A stretch of 64,000 bases of DNA, taken from positions 116,409 through 180,408 of the forward strand of contig DASVEE010000015.1 in NCBI GenBank assembly GCA_036380735.1, given 5' to 3'. The notes under the pieces were generated by a model. The model was not told the origin of the DNA. It made no database searches and was given only the letters and a program-made list of their open reading frames with translations. Shown here piece by piece: positions 17,719-28,858 of the stretch; positions within the stretch are counted from its first letter, which is position 1; every line of letters starts with the position of its first letter. The position numbers and the translations under genes were made by a program. Origin of the DNA: Thermoanaerobaculia bacterium. GTDB taxonomy: Bacteria; Acidobacteriota; Thermoanaerobaculia; Gp7-AA8.

Positions 17719-20700
17719 ATGCCTCACAAGTGGCGCATCCTCCTGGCGCTGGCCGTGGTCCTCGCGTTCCGCGTGGACGCCCAGGACCTGCGGTTCCGGC
17801 ATTTCACGGCGGACGACGAGGCCACGCCGCTCTCGTCGGCGTCCGTGCAGAAGCTCGCGCAGGATCATCTCGGCTACCTCTGGCTCGGCTTCTTCTCCTC
17901 GGGTGTGTCGCGCTACGACGGCCACTCGATGGAGACCTACTCCACCGCCGACGGCCTGCCCGACCTCACGATCCGGGAGATCGTGGAGGACGCGTCGCAC
18001 CGGCTGTGGGTGGGGTCGGAGGCAGGACTCGTCGTCTCGCAGGGGCCGATCGGCGACGGGCGCGTGCGCTTCATCGCCAGCGTCCACGGCGAGCGGCTGA
18101 TTCGCGAGCGCATCCGCCGCAACTGCCTCGTCGCCACGCGAGACGGCTGGGTGTGGGCGGGGACGCAGGACGGCATCGTGCGCTACCGCTTCAACGGCGA
18201 CCGCCTCGTCAGCGAAGGGATCGACATGAGCGCGCTGCCGCGCCCGGCCGCGACGCTGGGCATGGTGGTGCTGCGCGACGGCTCGGTCCTCGCGTCGTTC
18301 AGCAGCGGCGCGATCGTGCAGTTCGGCAGCGACGGCAAGCTGCGGCGCACGCTGCCGCGTCCTCTCTCTCCCGCGACCGCGCTGATGGAGGCGAAGGACG
18401 GCACGCTGTGGGCCGGCGGCATCAACGGCGCGGTGATGCGGCTCGACGGCGACACATTCGCCATCGTCAACCACGACCTCCGCGAGCGCATCGTGGCCCT
18501 GCTGGAGACGCGCCACGGCGAGCTGTGGGCCGCCAGCCTCGGCACCGGCGCGCTCCGCCTTGCCGGCGGCCGCGCCACGCACCTTTCCCGCCGCAACGGC
18601 CTCCTCGGCGACACGCTCTGGTCGCTGCTCGAAGACCGCGAAGGGAACGTCTGGCTCGCGCAGAACGGTGGCGTCTCGCGCCTCCGCCGCGACTACCGCG
18701 CCTTCCTCGCGTACGGCGAGCCGGTGCTCCCCGACCGCAACACCTTCGCCGCGATCCCCGCCGGCACGAGCGATTCGCTCCTCGGCGCGTACCTCTGGGT
18801 CGGCACCGGCAGCGGACTCACCGCGGTCGCGCCCGATGGCACGTCGACCACGTTGCGCACGGCCGATGGGCTGCGCAGCAACTCCGTCTACGCCCTCGCG
18901 TTCGACGAGGCCGGGCGTCTCTGGATCGGCACCGCCGCCGGCGCGAACTGTCTCTCGATGAGCGGTCAGGAGCCGCCGCTCGTCGACGGCTCCACGCGCA
19001 AGCCGCTCGACTTCCGCGGCACGAGCGCGGTCGTGACGTCGTATCCCTGGGACTCCACGTACAACATCCGCCTCGTCGGCGGCGCGCTCTGGTTCACCGG
19101 CAACTGGGGCGCGGCGTCGCTGATCGACGGCCAGTGGACGCGCTACGGCGCCGCGCACGGGCTGCCGGCCGCGGGGACGACGAGCGTGGCCGTCGACGAC
19201 GCGGGGCACGTCTGGCTCGGCACGCTCGATCATGGCCTCTACCGCAGCGCCATTCCGGTGCGTGCCTCGGGCACGTCATCGCGCTTCCTCCCCGTTGCCG
19301 GCGCGGCGAACAGCGTCCGCTCGCTGCTCTGGTTCGACGGGAAGCTGTTCGTCGGCACGAGCCAGGGACTGGTGATTCCGTCCGCGCGGCGCGTGCTCTT
19401 TCCCGGCCAGCTCGTCGTCGGCATGACGCCGTCGCCGGTGCGCGACACGCTGTGGGTCACGCACAACGGGCGGCTCGCGGAGCTCGATCCCCGCACGCTG
19501 CGCCAGCTGACGCGCGTGTCGAAGGCGGACGGCCTCGCGGACGACGAGACGTGGGCGTACATGCCGCTGACTGCGTCGCGCGACGGGCGGCTCTGGCTCG
19601 CCACGCCGAGCGGCCTCTCCGCGTTCAACCCCGCGCTGCGCGAGCCGCTGACCACCGCGCCCGCCGTGCGTCTGCGCCACGTCGATGCGGACGTGCACGG
19701 CGTCAGCTTTGAGTGGGCCGCGCTGACGTTCGTCGATGAGACGCGCGTCCGCTACCGCACGCGCCTCGCCGGCTACGACGATGCGTGGTCCGCGGAAACG
19801 AGCGACACCAAGATCCGCTACACGAACCTCCCGGCCATCCTCTTCCCGAAGCGCTACACGTTCGAGGTCATGGCGCGCAGCGGCGAGGGGCAGTGGTCCG
19901 CGCCGGTCGCGCATCGCTTCTCCGTCCCGCCGCCGCCGGCGCTCCGCTGGTGGGCCGCACTGCTCTACCTCGCGCTGCTCGCGCTCGCGTTCTGGCTCTA
20001 CCAGCGCTGGCGCATGGCGCAGCTCAAGCGGCGCAACCGCGTCCTCGAAGACCTCGTCCTCACGCGGACCGAGGAGATCCGCACGCAGGCGAGGGAGCTG
20101 GAGACCGTCGACAAGATCGTCGAAGTCATCAATCGCGAGGTCGTGCTGGAAAACGTCCTCAAGGCGATTCTCGAACAGGGGATGAAGCTGTTCCCGCAGG
20201 CGGAGAAAGCCGTTTTCCTCAAGTTCGATCACGAGCTGCAGCGCACCGAAGTCGCCGCCGTCTCCGGCTACGACGCGGAGCTGTTCAAGGGCGTGTCGCT
20301 GTCGTTCGAAGAAGCGATGCGCCGCTACTCCGAGCGCGCGGAGCAGCTCGAGGAAGGCGTCTACCTCATCCGCGAGCCGCACCTCGTGCAGCTCGCCGGC
20401 GCGGAGAAGACGAAGCATCTGCCCGTCCCGAAAGCCATGCTGGCCATGGCCGTGCGCCTCGGCGGCCGCGTCGAAGGGTTCCTCATCTTCGACAACTTCT
20501 CGCGCACCGATGCGTTCGGCCGCTCCGACCTGCACAAGCTGGCGCGTGTCCGCGAGCACGCGATCTCCGCGATCTCGAAGGCGCGCATCCTTCGCGAGCT
20601 GCAGATTAAGAATCAGCAGGCGGAGGCGGCGAACCGCGCGAAGAGCATCTTCCTCGCGAACATGAGCCACGAGCTGCGCACGCCGATGAATGCGATCATC

Positions 20701-22125
20701 GGCTTCTCCGAGATCCTCACCGAGCGCCTGCAGGACCGCGTCGAGCCGAAGTACCTCGGCTTCCTCAAATCGATCCTGCAGTCAGGACAACACCTGCTGG
20801 CGATCATCAACGACCTCCTCGATCTGTCGAAGGTCGAGGCGGGGAAGATGGAGCTGTTCCCCGAGACGTTCTCCGTGCGCGCCGGCATCGAGAGCGTCTG
20901 CGCCGTCATGCGCGGCATGTCGACGAAGAACAACGTCGCCTTCGAAGTCGACGTGGCGGACGACGTCACGACCGTGGAGACCGACCAGGCGAAGCTCAAG
21001 CAGATCCTCTACAACCTGCTGTCGAACGCGGTGAAGTTCTCGCGCTCCGGCTCCGCGGTCACGATCCGCGCGCGCCGCGTCCCGGCGACCGAATTGAAAG
21101 CGGAGGCCGTGGCCATCAGCGTGATCGACCGCGGCATCGGCATCGCGCCCGAGCATCTGCGCATCATCTTCGACGAGTTCCAGCAGGTCGACAGCGCCAC
21201 GAGCCGCCAGTACGGCGGCACAGGCCTCGGGCTGTCGCTGGTGAAGAAGTTCGTCGAGCTGCAAGGCGGCAGCGTCGAGGTGCACAGCGCCGTCGGCGAG
21301 GGGAGCGAGTTCACCTTCACGCTGCCCGTGCAGTTCCAGGGCGCGACCATCCCCAGCCCGATCATCGGCAGCGACGGTGTCGTCGTGCCGCCGGGCAATC
21401 GCGTCCTCGTGGTGGAAGATGAAGAGGAGGCGTTCGAGACCCTCTGCGCGTATCTCGAATCCGCGGGCTACGTGCCGCTGCGTGCGCGTACGGGAGAGGA
21501 GGCGCTGCGCCTCGCTCGCACGATGCGGCCCGTGGCCGTCACGCTCGACCTCGTGCTGCCCGGCATGGAAGGGTGGAACGTGCTGCGCGAGCTCAAGCGC
21601 GACGACGACACCGCGTCGATCCCGGTGATCATCGTCTCGATGGTCGAGAACCGCGAGCTCGGCCTCGCGTTCGGCGCGGAGGACTACTTCGTCAAGCCGG
21701 TCGACTGGCCGCGCCTCATGCGCCGCCTGGCCGACATCACTCGCCGCGCCGCCACGCCGCGCCACGCAAGATTGCTGCTGATCGACGACGACGTCTCCGT
21801 GCACGACATGCTCGAACAGGAGTTGACGAAGGAAGGCTATGAGCTCGAGAAAGCCTTCTCGGGTCCGGAGGGGCTCGAGCGCGCGGAGCTGTCCCCGCCA
21901 GACGTGATCATCCTCGACCTGATGATGCCCGGCATGTCCGGCTTCGAAGTGGCGGAGACCCTCCGCCAGCGCGAAGCCACCGCCCGTATCCCCATCCTGA
22001 TCCTGACCGCCCGGGAACTGAGCGACATCGACCGCGAAGAGCTGCGCAACGGCGTGAATGGACTGGTGCTGAAAGGCAGCGCCGCGGGCGCCCGGTTGAT
22101 CCGGGCCATTCAGGGGCTGGCGTAG
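17719..22125 (+). CDS. Hybrid sensor histidine kinase (periplasmic beta-propeller/Y_Y_Y sensor, TM, GAF, HisKA, HATPase, two receiver domains)
   Basis: Repeated WVGT/LWLGT propeller motifs. TM segment [18 protein letters not shown]-box [14 protein letters not shown]-box [24 protein letters not shown]. Two receiver (REC) domains ([13 protein letters not shown].. and [11 protein letters not shown]..). Confidence 0.9.
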   Translation: MPHKWRILLALAVVLAFRVDAQDLRFRHFTADDEATPLSSASVQKLAQDHLGYLWLGFFSSGVSRYDGHSMETYSTADGLPDLTIREIVEDASHRLWVGSEAGLVVSQGPIGDGRVRFIASVHGERLIRERIRRNCLVATRDGWVWAGTQDGIVRYRFNGDRLVSEGIDMSALPRPAATLGMVVLRDGSVLASFSSGAIVQFGSDGKLRRTLPRPLSPATALMEAKDGTLWAGGINGAVMRLDGDTFAIVNHDLRERIVALLETRHGELWAASLGTGALRLAGGRATHLSRRNGLLGDTLWSLLEDREGNVWLAQNGGVSRLRRDYRAFLAYGEPVLPDRNTFAAIPAGTSDSLLGAYLWVGTGSGLTAVAPDGTSTTLRTADGLRSNSVYALAFDEAGRLWIGTAAGANCLSMSGQEPPLVDGSTRKPLDFRGTSAVVTSYPWDSTYNIRLVGGALWFTGNWGAASLIDGQWTRYGAAHGLPAAGTTSVAVDDAGHVWLGTLDHGLYRSAIPVRASGTSSRFLPVAGAANSVRSLLWFDGKLFVGTSQGLVIPSARRVLFPGQLVVGMTPSPVRDTLWVTHNGRLAELDPRTLRQLTRVSKADGLADDETWAYMPLTASRDGRLWLATPSGLSAFNPALREPLTTAPAVRLRHVDADVHGVSFEWAALTFVDETRVRYRTRLAGYDDAWSAETSDTKIRYTNLPAILFPKRYTFEVMARSGEGQWSAPVAHRFSVPPPPALRWWAALLYLALLALAFWLYQRWRMAQLKRRNRVLEDLVLTRTEEIRTQARELETVDKIVEVINREVVLENVLKAILEQGMKLFPQAEKAVFLKFDHELQRTEVAAVSGYDAELFKGVSLSFEEAMRRYSERAEQLEEGVYLIREPHLVQLAGAEKTKHLPVPKAMLAMAVRLGGRVEGFLIFDNFSRTDAFGRSDLHKLARVREHAISAISKARILRELQIKNQQAEAANRAKSIFLANMSHELRTPMNAIIGFSEILTERLQDRVEPKYLGFLKSILQSGQHLLAIINDLLDLSKVEAGKMELFPETFSVRAGIESVCAVMRGMSTKNNVAFEVDVADDVTTVETDQAKLKQILYNLLSNAVKFSRSGSAVTIRARRVPATELKAEAVAISVIDRGIGIAPEHLRIIFDEFQQVDSATSRQYGGTGLGLSLVKKFVELQGGSVEVHSAVGEGSEFTFTLPVQFQGATIPSPIIGSDGVVVPPGNRVLVVEDEEEAFETLCAYLESAGYVPLRARTGEEALRLARTMRPVAVTLDLVLPGMEGWNVLRELKRDDDTASIPVIIVSMVENRELGLAFGAEDYFVKPVDWPRLMRRLADITRRAATPRHARLLLIDDDVSVHDMLEQELTKEGYELEKAFSGPEGLERAELSPPDVIILDLMMPGMSGFEVAETLRQREATARIPILILTARELSDIDREELRNGVNGLVLKGSAAGARLIRAIQGLA

Positions 22126-22128
22126 AGG

Positions 22129-22264
22129 GAACGATAGGACCTATAGGACGAATAGGACCTATAGGACAAATGGGACCCCGCCCACCCGGGATGGTGAATC
22201 ACGGGCTGTGCGGGTGACAGATTGGTCCTATCTGTCCTATAGGTCCTATTCGTCCTATAGGTCC
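22129..22264. repeat. 9-bp-unit inverted-repeat element
   Basis: gggaacgataggacctataggacgaataggacctataggacaaatgggac begins 1 bp after the TAG. The core is cccgcccacccgggatggtgaatcacgggctgtgcgggtgacag. An inverted array follows. Confidence 0.7.
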
Positions 22265-22272
22265 CTGCCGGC

Positions 22273-23352
22273 TTACGCGCTGGCCTTCTTCTGGGCCGAC
22301 TTCGGCTTGCGGATCGGCTGCACCGGGGCCGCCGGTTTTTCTTCCGGCTGGATGATCGCCGGCATCGCTTCGCGCGGGGCGCGCAGCATCATCATCAGCA
22401 TGCCGATGCCGGCCAGGGCGATGATGATGAGGAACGCGCCGCGGCCCGCCATCGGGTTCTCCACGCCCGGGGTTTCGATCGGTACTGGGATCGCCGGCGC
22501 CAGGACGTTCGCCTGAATGGGTTCAGCCTTCAGCTGCGGCACGGCCGGCTGCTGCGCCGCCGGTTTCGATTGCACGACCGGCGCGGCTTGCGCCACCATC
22601 ACCGGAGCCGGTTTCGCCGGCGCGGTAACCGGTGCGGCTGCTTCCGGCGCCACCGCTTCCGCTTTCTGCAGGCGCTTGCGCGAGGCGCGCGTCGTGGGTG
22701 CGGGAGTGGTGGTGGTGATTTCGCGCTCCCGCGTCACCACGGGTGCCGGCGTCGAGCGGCGCGTCACGATCGGGTTCAGGCGCGTCGAGGTGCGGTTCTC
22801 CGCGATCTGCACGCGCGACGACGGCGTCACGCCGGCGATGGCGCGCTCCGTCAGGTAGCGCCGCGTCTCCGCGGTCGGGTAGAAGACCTGGCCGCGGTCG
22901 TCGACGAGGCGGTGCGGCTCGATGAAGCTCGCGTAGCCGGGATATGCCCGGGCCAGCCGCTCGTGCAGCTCTTCGCCGTAGAACGCACCGACCGGGTTCG
23001 TCATCGCGTATGTCCACACCTCGTGCAGCGTGGCGAAGGCGGGGGAAGGATCTTCGAGATAGAGCTGATGGAAGCCCGCGTAGTCGTTGCGGCGCGCAGC
23101 CTCGGCCAGCGATTCCGCGAAGACGACCGATTCGCGCACCGGCTCGACCGGCAGCGGGAACGTCGGCTCCTCCGGCAGGAGCGGCGTCACCGAGTCGCGG
23201 GGACGCACCGTCGGCAGCGGAGCATCCTCCTGCCCGGTCACGGAAAACGACGTCGCGCAAAGCAGCGCGACCAGAACGAGAACGACCAGCCGTTGATGTC
23301 GCACGCAACCCTCCCGGTGCTGATTGACTGGCTGAAGTGTATCGCGATTCAT
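22273..23352 (-). CDS. Hypothetical Pro/Ala-rich protein with N-terminal signal/TM and C-terminal TM anchor
   Basis: Long ORF with a hydrophobic N-terminus (LVVLVLVALLCATSF) and C-terminal TM segment (AFLIIIALAGIGMLMMML). The true start may be the internal GTG preceded by gggagg (~23301). Confidence 0.5.
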   Translation of the reverse strand: MNRDTLQPVNQHREGCVRHQRLVVLVLVALLCATSFSVTGQEDAPLPTVRPRDSVTPLLPEEPTFPLPVEPVRESVVFAESLAEAARRNDYAGFHQLYLEDPSPAFATLHEVWTYAMTNPVGAFYGEELHERLARAYPGYASFIEPHRLVDDRGQVFYPTAETRRYLTERAIAGVTPSSRVQIAENRTSTRLNPIVTRRSTPAPVVTREREITTTTPAPTTRASRKRLQKAEAVAPEAAAPVTAPAKPAPVMVAQAAPVVQSKPAAQQPAVPQLKAEPIQANVLAPAIPVPIETPGVENPMAGRGAFLIIIALAGIGMLMMMLRAPREAMPAIIQPEEKPAAPVQPIRKPKSAQKKASA

Positions 23353-23397
23353 GCCAGCCGGAGCTGCATGGGGCAGCTCTCAACCGGGTGGGGTGGG

Positions 23398-23452
23398 GGT
23401 CCCATTCGTCCCATAGGTCCTATCCGTCCCATTCGTCCTATCGTTTCCCCGT
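23398..23452. repeat. Half copy of the 9-bp-unit element (inverted arm only)
   Basis: gggtgggggtcccattcgtcccataggtcctatccgtcccattcgtcctatcgtttcccc. Confidence 0.55.
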
Positions 23453-23507
23453 CGCCCAAACAAAAAGCCCCGCTCTCGCGGGGCTCTTCGCTTCCGGGTT
23501 GCGGCGG

Positions 23508-23975
23508 TTACTGGCGCGAGGCCGTCGTCCGCGTCCGGCCCGATTCGGCGCCGAGGAGGCGGGCGGTGTCGATCAGCTCCTGGATGGTCGTCTGATCCTT
23601 GCCGCTGGCCTGCAGCAGATAGATACGGATGGCGCTGCCGATGGGGATGACGGTGTTGGCCGGTTCCGCGTAGAAGCGCTCGAGGCCCGACACGAGCTCG
23701 AAGCCGCTGACCTTGCCGGAGGTCGAGGTCTGGCGCTCGGTCCGCGCCGCGAGGTTCGCGCACGGCGAGGTCGGGCCGGCCGTGACGTCGATCTTGTCGA
23801 GAGCTTCCTGATACCCCTGCGAGTAACCGATGGCCCAGAAGAGCTTCTCGGTGCTGCTCAACCGGAGCCACTCGTCACCGTTGTTGGGAGGCGTGATCTG
23901 CGGCGTGGAGGCCGTCTGAGCAAAGCCAACCATCGAGACGAGCAGCAGGGCAATTCCGATCGCGATCTTCTTCAT
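23508..23975 (-). CDS. Secreted hypothetical protein
   Basis: Signal peptide MKKIAIGIALLLVSMVGFAQT. No recognisable catalytic motif. Confidence 0.55.
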   Translation of the reverse strand: MKKIAIGIALLLVSMVGFAQTASTPQITPPNNGDEWLRLSSTEKLFWAIGYSQGYQEALDKIDVTAGPTSPCANLAARTERQTSTSGKVSGFELVSGLERFYAEPANTVIPIGSAIRIYLLQASGKDQTTIQELIDTARLLGAESGRTRTTASRQ

Positions 23976-24054
23976 GGACGCACCTTTTCAGACAGAGATG
24001 AGGATGGCTGGTAGAAACGCGTCGGATTCTAACCAAAAAGCGGCGATTCGCAAA

Positions 24055-25056
24055 TCAACGCGCGGAGCCTTCGATTTTCGCCTTGTAGCGCGCGACGTCC
24101 GGCGTGACCTCGATGTGCGGCAGCGCGGCGGTCAGCTCGCGCTTCGCCGCCGCGTAATTGCCCGTCTCGTACAGAGCGACCGCGAGGTAGTAGCGATACG
24201 GCTGTTCCTGCGCCCGCAGCGTCCCGGCGCGGCCGAACGCCCGGACCGTCGTCTCGAAGTCGCGCGCGCGGTACGCCCCCTCGGCGATCCGCAGCAGCGT
24301 GGCGTGATCGAGCGAGCTGACCGCGATGAGCTCGCGATAGATCGCGCGTGCCTCCGTCAGCTCGTTCCGCCCCAGCAACCGCTCCCCCTCGGCCAGCCTC
24401 GTCCGGACATCCACGGCGCGCGGCTGCGGCGCGGGCGTTGGGGGGACGGGGCGCGAGGTCGCCGGTGCGGACGTCATCGGTTCGGAAGTCGAAGGCGCAG
24501 GGGTCGTCGTCTGCGGTTGCCGTTGCGGCTGTGTGGCCGGCGGGGTCGGTTCCGGCTGGCGCTGTGTCTGTGTCTGCGTCTGAGGCGCGGGGACCGGAGT
24601 CTGGCGCTGCGGTGCCGGAGCCGGCGTCTGCGTCTGCGGACGCGCTCCGCCGCGCAACACGGCGAACTGCTCCGCCGCCAGCAGCCGCTGCGCGAGCGCA
24701 TCGAAGCGCGTGCGCAGCTCGGCCCCGAGCGGCAGCGTCGCGTAGTGGCTGGCGACACGCTCCGCGGCGATCACGCGCAGGGCGGCGGCGCGTGCGTCCG
24801 CCTCCTGTCCCAGCCGCTCGTAGACGAGCGCGAGGTGCACCTGCGCCGTGACGAACTGCGGCAGCGCATCGAGCAGACCGAACGCCGCGATGCGCAACTC
24901 ACGTGCGGCCTCCGGGTTCTGCCCCGCCGCGGCGCTCGCGATCCCGCGGTCGAGCATGTTCAGGTAGAACTGCGCGTCACTCTGCGCGGACAACGTCCCG
25001 GCCGTGAGCCACAGCAGCAGCGCCAGTACCGCCGTACGTCCGTAAAATATCCGCAT
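24055..25056 (-). CDS. Secreted TPR-repeat protein with a Pro/Thr/Gln-rich linker
   Basis: RBS ggagagg before the ATG at 25056. Signal peptide MRIFYGRTAVLALLLWLTAGTLSA. TPR-like helices (YYLAVALYETGNYAAAKRELTAAL). The ORF-track extension to 25293 is rejected. Confidence 0.65.
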   Translation of the reverse strand: MRIFYGRTAVLALLLWLTAGTLSAQSDAQFYLNMLDRGIASAAAGQNPEAARELRIAAFGLLDALPQFVTAQVHLALVYERLGQEADARAAALRVIAAERVASHYATLPLGAELRTRFDALAQRLLAAEQFAVLRGGARPQTQTPAPAPQRQTPVPAPQTQTQTQRQPEPTPPATQPQRQPQTTTPAPSTSEPMTSAPATSRPVPPTPAPQPRAVDVRTRLAEGERLLGRNELTEARAIYRELIAVSSLDHATLLRIAEGAYRARDFETTVRAFGRAGTLRAQEQPYRYYLAVALYETGNYAAAKRELTAALPHIEVTPDVARYKAKIEGSAR

Positions 25057-25125
25057 TCTGTCGTGAGACCCTCTCCGATTCTGCCATAGACGCCTTGGGA
25101 ATTGCGGTAGCATTTCCCTCACAAC

Positions 25126-26427
25126 GTGAGCCGAAATGTCGTGATCGTCGGGGGAGGCCTCGCCGGATTGGCGGCCGCGCTCTATCTGGCGCGCGGCGGA
25201 CGCACCGTCACGATCTTCGAGAAGAAGCGCCAGCTCGGCGGACGCGCCGCCACCCACCTCCGTCACGGCTACCGTTTCAACCTCGGTGCCCACGCCGTAT
25301 ATCGCGGCGGCGCCGCGGCACGAGTCTATCGCGAGCTGGGCGTTCCGCTGCGCGGCGGCAAGCCGAAATCCGCCGGCCTCGCGTTCGTCGGCGACGAGGC
25401 GTACAAGCTGCCGGCGACGCCGTGGTCGCTCCTCACGAGCTCACTGCTGTCGTTCCAGGAAAAGCTGCAGTTCGCGAAGCTGATGTTGACCGTCGGCCGG
25501 ATCGAGACCAAGCCGTACACGCGGGTCACGACGCGCGACTGGCTGCAGCAGCGGTTCCGCTCGAAGCGGCTGCGCGACGTCGTGGAGATGTTCGTCCGCC
25601 TCGCCACCTACGCCAACGCCCCCGATCAGCAGAGCGCCGCCGCGACCATCGAGCAGTTGCGGCTTCTCCGCCGCGGCGTGCTGTACATCGACGAAGGGTG
25701 GCAGAAGATCGTCGACGCGCTGCACAGCGCGGCCGTCGCGGCAGGGGTGAACTTCGTGACCAGCTCGCGCGTCGTGGCGGTCAACTACGACACGCGCGTG
25801 CGCAGCGTCGAACTGGGGGAGCTGGAGCTCGACGACCGCATGGACACGCGGAACATCGCCCATCCCGACCTGCACCCGAGCGGCATGCACGGCGCGCGCA
25901 TCCCCGCCGACACGGTGCTGCTCGCCGTCGACCCGCAGACGGCGTGCGCGCTCGTCGGCGAGCACGAGATCACCGCCACGTGGAGCGCCTGCCTCCCGGT
26001 GAAAGCAGCCTGCCTCGACGTCGGCCTTTCGCGGCTCCCCGAGCCGCGCAACACGATGGCCATCGGCGTCGACCAGCCGTTCTACTTCTCCGTGCACTCC
26101 ACGTGGGCACAACTGACGCCGAAAGGCGGCGCGATGGTCCACGCCGCGAAGTACCTCCGCGACGGCGAGACGGCGGAGGAGGCGGAGCTCGAAGCCGTGA
26201 TCGACCGCATGCAGCCCGGCTGGCGCGACGCCATCGTGCACAAACGCTGGCTGCCGCAGATGACGGTGTCGAACGCCCTGGTCCGCCCCAACACCCCCCG
26301 CCCCGCCGCCGCCACCCCCATCCGCGGCCTGTACGTGGCCGGCGACTGGGTCGGCACCGAAGGGCTGCTATCCGACGCCGCGCTGGCCAGCGCCCGCTAC
26401 GCCGCCAAACAGATCCTGGCGCTGTAA
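25126..26427 (+). CDS. FAD/NAD(P)-binding oxidoreductase (amine-oxidase / phytoene-desaturase-like)
   Basis: Rossmann dinucleotide motif VVIVGGGLAGLAAALYLARGGRTVTIFEKKRQLGGRA. C-terminal LYVAGDWVG. Confidence 0.8.
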   Translation: MSRNVVIVGGGLAGLAAALYLARGGRTVTIFEKKRQLGGRAATHLRHGYRFNLGAHAVYRGGAAARVYRELGVPLRGGKPKSAGLAFVGDEAYKLPATPWSLLTSSLLSFQEKLQFAKLMLTVGRIETKPYTRVTTRDWLQQRFRSKRLRDVVEMFVRLATYANAPDQQSAAATIEQLRLLRRGVLYIDEGWQKIVDALHSAAVAAGVNFVTSSRVVAVNYDTRVRSVELGELELDDRMDTRNIAHPDLHPSGMHGARIPADTVLLAVDPQTACALVGEHEITATWSACLPVKAACLDVGLSRLPEPRNTMAIGVDQPFYFSVHSTWAQLTPKGGAMVHAAKYLRDGETAEEAELEAVIDRMQPGWRDAIVHKRWLPQMTVSNALVRPNTPRPAAATPIRGLYVAGDWVGTEGLLSDAALASARYAAKQILAL

Positions 26428-26430
26428 GGC

Positions 26431-26524
26431 AATAGGACAAATAGGACCTATGGGACAAATAGGACCTGTGAAAGTCCCATCCGTCCTATAGGTCCTATAG
26501 GTCCCATTCGTCCTATCGTTTCCC
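26431..26524. repeat. 9-bp-unit inverted-repeat element (short core)
   Basis: aataggacaaataggacctatgggacaaataggacc, core tgtgaaag, then tcccatccgtcctataggtcctataggtcccattcgtcctatcgtttccc. It starts 3 bp after the TAA. Confidence 0.7.
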
Positions 26525-26529
26525 TGCTG

Positions 26530-27459
26530 TTACCCCAGCGGCCGAATCGCGATCCCCCCACCCGAGGTCCGCAGCGTCAGCTTCGGGCCGCCGCCGCCGA
26601 TCGTTCCCTGAAGCTGTTCGCGCTTCTGCGTACCGATGACTGTCACCGGGACGTCGGATCTGACGCCGCCGCCGTTCGACTTGGCGTCGATCTGCGCGCC
26701 GATGTTCGGCGCCAGCGCCACGCGGACGTTGCCACCCGAGGTGGAGAGACGCGAATCGCCGCGCGGCTGCGTGGCGAAGGCGGCTTCGATGGAGCCACCG
26801 GAGGTCGACGCATCGATGGCGCCGCCCGATCCTTCGATCTTGATGTTGCCGCCCGACGTGCGCGCGGTGACGGTGCCGCCGACGCGCGCCAGCATGACGT
26901 TGCCGCCCGAGGTGCGGGCGTCGACGATGCCGTTCACGTCGCCGATGCGGATGTTGCCACCCGAGGTGCGCACGAGGACGTCGCCGGAGGCGCCTTCGAT
27001 CGTGACGTTGCCGCCCGAGGTGCGGAGCTCCGTCGCGCCGTTGATGCGGCTGACGTTGATATTGCCGCCGGAGGTGCGCACATCGACGCTGTAGCGTGCC
27101 GGCACTCGGATGTTGAACTTCACGTTCCGCAGCGGCGAGCCGCCGAAGTTGAACCAGTCGCGGTCGTCATGGTCCCAGTCGGTCGTGACGGTGACGTCGT
27201 TACCGTTCTGCGCGAACTGCACGGCGTGCTCGCGGAAGACCTCCGCGGCGCGGCCGGCGTCGGAGGTGCGTGCCGTCCGGACGACTTCCACGGCCACGCC
27301 GGTGCCGCCCGTGACGATGGTGACGTTGCCCACGTCGACGTTCACCGTCAGCTTTCCGCCTTCGCTGACGTTGAAGCCGCGGCGCATCGTGTCGTCGATG
27401 GCCGCGTGGGCGCTGACCGTGATGAGGAAGGTGAGTGCGAGGAGTGAGGCTCGGCGCAT
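26530..27459 (-). CDS. DUF4097-like beta-helical repeat protein (putative adhesin), secreted
   Basis: RBS aaaggag. Signal peptide MRRASLLALTFLITVSAHA. About 9 degenerate repeats of TSGGN(I/V).(I/V). Confidence 0.65.
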   Translation of the reverse strand: MRRASLLALTFLITVSAHAAIDDTMRRGFNVSEGGKLTVNVDVGNVTIVTGGTGVAVEVVRTARTSDAGRAAEVFREHAVQFAQNGNDVTVTTDWDHDDRDWFNFGGSPLRNVKFNIRVPARYSVDVRTSGGNINVSRINGATELRTSGGNVTIEGASGDVLVRTSGGNIRIGDVNGIVDARTSGGNVMLARVGGTVTARTSGGNIKIEGSGGAIDASTSGGSIEAAFATQPRGDSRLSTSGGNVRVALAPNIGAQIDAKSNGGGVRSDVPVTVIGTQKREQLQGTIGGGGPKLTLRTSGGGIAIRPLG

Positions 27460-27529
27460 GTGCAGGCTCCTTTTATCTACATCCTCATACGCCGCGGCCC
27501 GGCCAAAGTTTGCAGTAAACTCCGCCCCC

Positions 27530-28003
27530 ATGCCGATCGATGACGCTCAGTTCAAATTGGCGATGTCGCACTTCGCCAGCGGGGTGACGGTCGTGACGAC
27601 CGCACACGAGGGCCAGCTCTACGGGATGACGGTGGCTTCGTTCGCCTCACTCTCGCTCCATCCACCGCTCGTGCTCGTCTGCATCGAGAAGAGCGTCAAG
27701 ACGCACGACGCCATCGTCCATGCCAAGCAGTTCGGCGTCAGCATCCTCGGCGTCCATCAATCCGACCTCTCCGGCCGCTTCGCCTCGAAGACCGAGGACA
27801 AGTTCTCCGGCATCACCATCCACCGCGGCGAGCTCGACGTGCCGCTTCTCACCGGCGCCATCTGCACGCTCGAATGCCGCGTCAGCGAATCGCTGCCCGG
27901 CGGCGACCACACCATCTTCGTGGGGCGGGTCGTCAACTCCGCCGTCAGCGACGGGCAGCCGCTCGTCTACTGGCGCAGCGGCTATCGCGAGATCCTGCCG
28001 TAA
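27530..28003 (+). CDS. Flavin reductase-like (FMN-binding split-barrel) protein
   Basis: FASGVTVVTT..GMTVASFASLSLHPPLVLVCI matches the flavin reductase family. Confidence 0.8.
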   Translation: MPIDDAQFKLAMSHFASGVTVVTTAHEGQLYGMTVASFASLSLHPPLVLVCIEKSVKTHDAIVHAKQFGVSILGVHQSDLSGRFASKTEDKFSGITIHRGELDVPLLTGAICTLECRVSESLPGGDHTIFVGRVVNSAVSDGQPLVYWRSGYREILP

Positions 28004-28845
28004 TGCGTGAGATGGGGGAGACGCTGAGGACGACGTTCCGGCGGATGCTGCGCCTCGAGAACCGGCGCGCCGCCGTGCGCCCGGGACGCCTCGAAAAGAT
28101 CACAGCTTTTCAGTCGGCGATCTTCGGCAACACGCGCGAGATCACCATCTACCTGCCGGCCGGCTACGACGAGCGCGAGGACCGCCGCTACCCCGTGCTC
28201 TACATGCACGACGGGCAGAACCTGTTCGAAGGGCACCGCGCCTTCGTGCCCGGCAACGACTGGCGTCTCGCCGACGCCGCGAACGCCGCCATCGGCGATC
28301 GGACGGCGGCGCCGGCGATCATCGTCGGCCTCGACCACGCCGGTCCGGCACGCGTCGATGAGTACACGCCGACGCGCGATGAGGCGCGCAACGCCGGCGG
28401 ACGCGCGGCCGAGCACGCGCGCATGCTCTTCGAGGAACTGAAGCCGGTCATCGATGAGCGTTTCCGCACGCTCTCCGAGGAGACGTTCGTCGGCGGCTCC
28501 TCCCTCGGCGGCCTCGTGTCGATCTTTCTTGCACTGCATCGCCCCGACGTCGTCCGCGGCGCCCTCGTCATGTCCCCCTCGGTCTGGTGGAACGGGAAGA
28601 CGATCCTCGGCGACGTCGATGCATTCTCCGGCGAGCGCCGTCCGCGGCTCTGGCTCGACATCGGCGGGCGCGAGGGGATCGAGGCGCTCGAAGACGCACG
28701 CCTGCTGCGCGACCGTCTCCGCGCGAAAGGGTGGCGCGACGACGAGGACTTCCGCTACTACGAGGACCGCCGCGCCGACCACAGCGAGCGCGCCTGGGCC
28801 AGCCGCGTCCGGAAGGCGCTGGAGTTTTTGTTCCCGCCGACGTAG
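28003..28845 (+). CDS. Esterase-family alpha/beta hydrolase (enterochelin-esterase-like)
   Basis: TAATG overlap with the upstream gene. [31 protein letters not shown] nucleophile elbow. Confidence 0.75.
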   Translation: MREMGETLRTTFRRMLRLENRRAAVRPGRLEKITAFQSAIFGNTREITIYLPAGYDEREDRRYPVLYMHDGQNLFEGHRAFVPGNDWRLADAANAAIGDRTAAPAIIVGLDHAGPARVDEYTPTRDEARNAGGRAAEHARMLFEELKPVIDERFRTLSEETFVGGSSLGGLVSIFLALHRPDVVRGALVMSPSVWWNGKTILGDVDAFSGERRPRLWLDIGGREGIEALEDARLLRDRLRAKGWRDDEDFRYYEDRRADHSERAWASRVRKALEFLFPPT

Positions 28846-28858
28846 TTTGCTGGGAGGC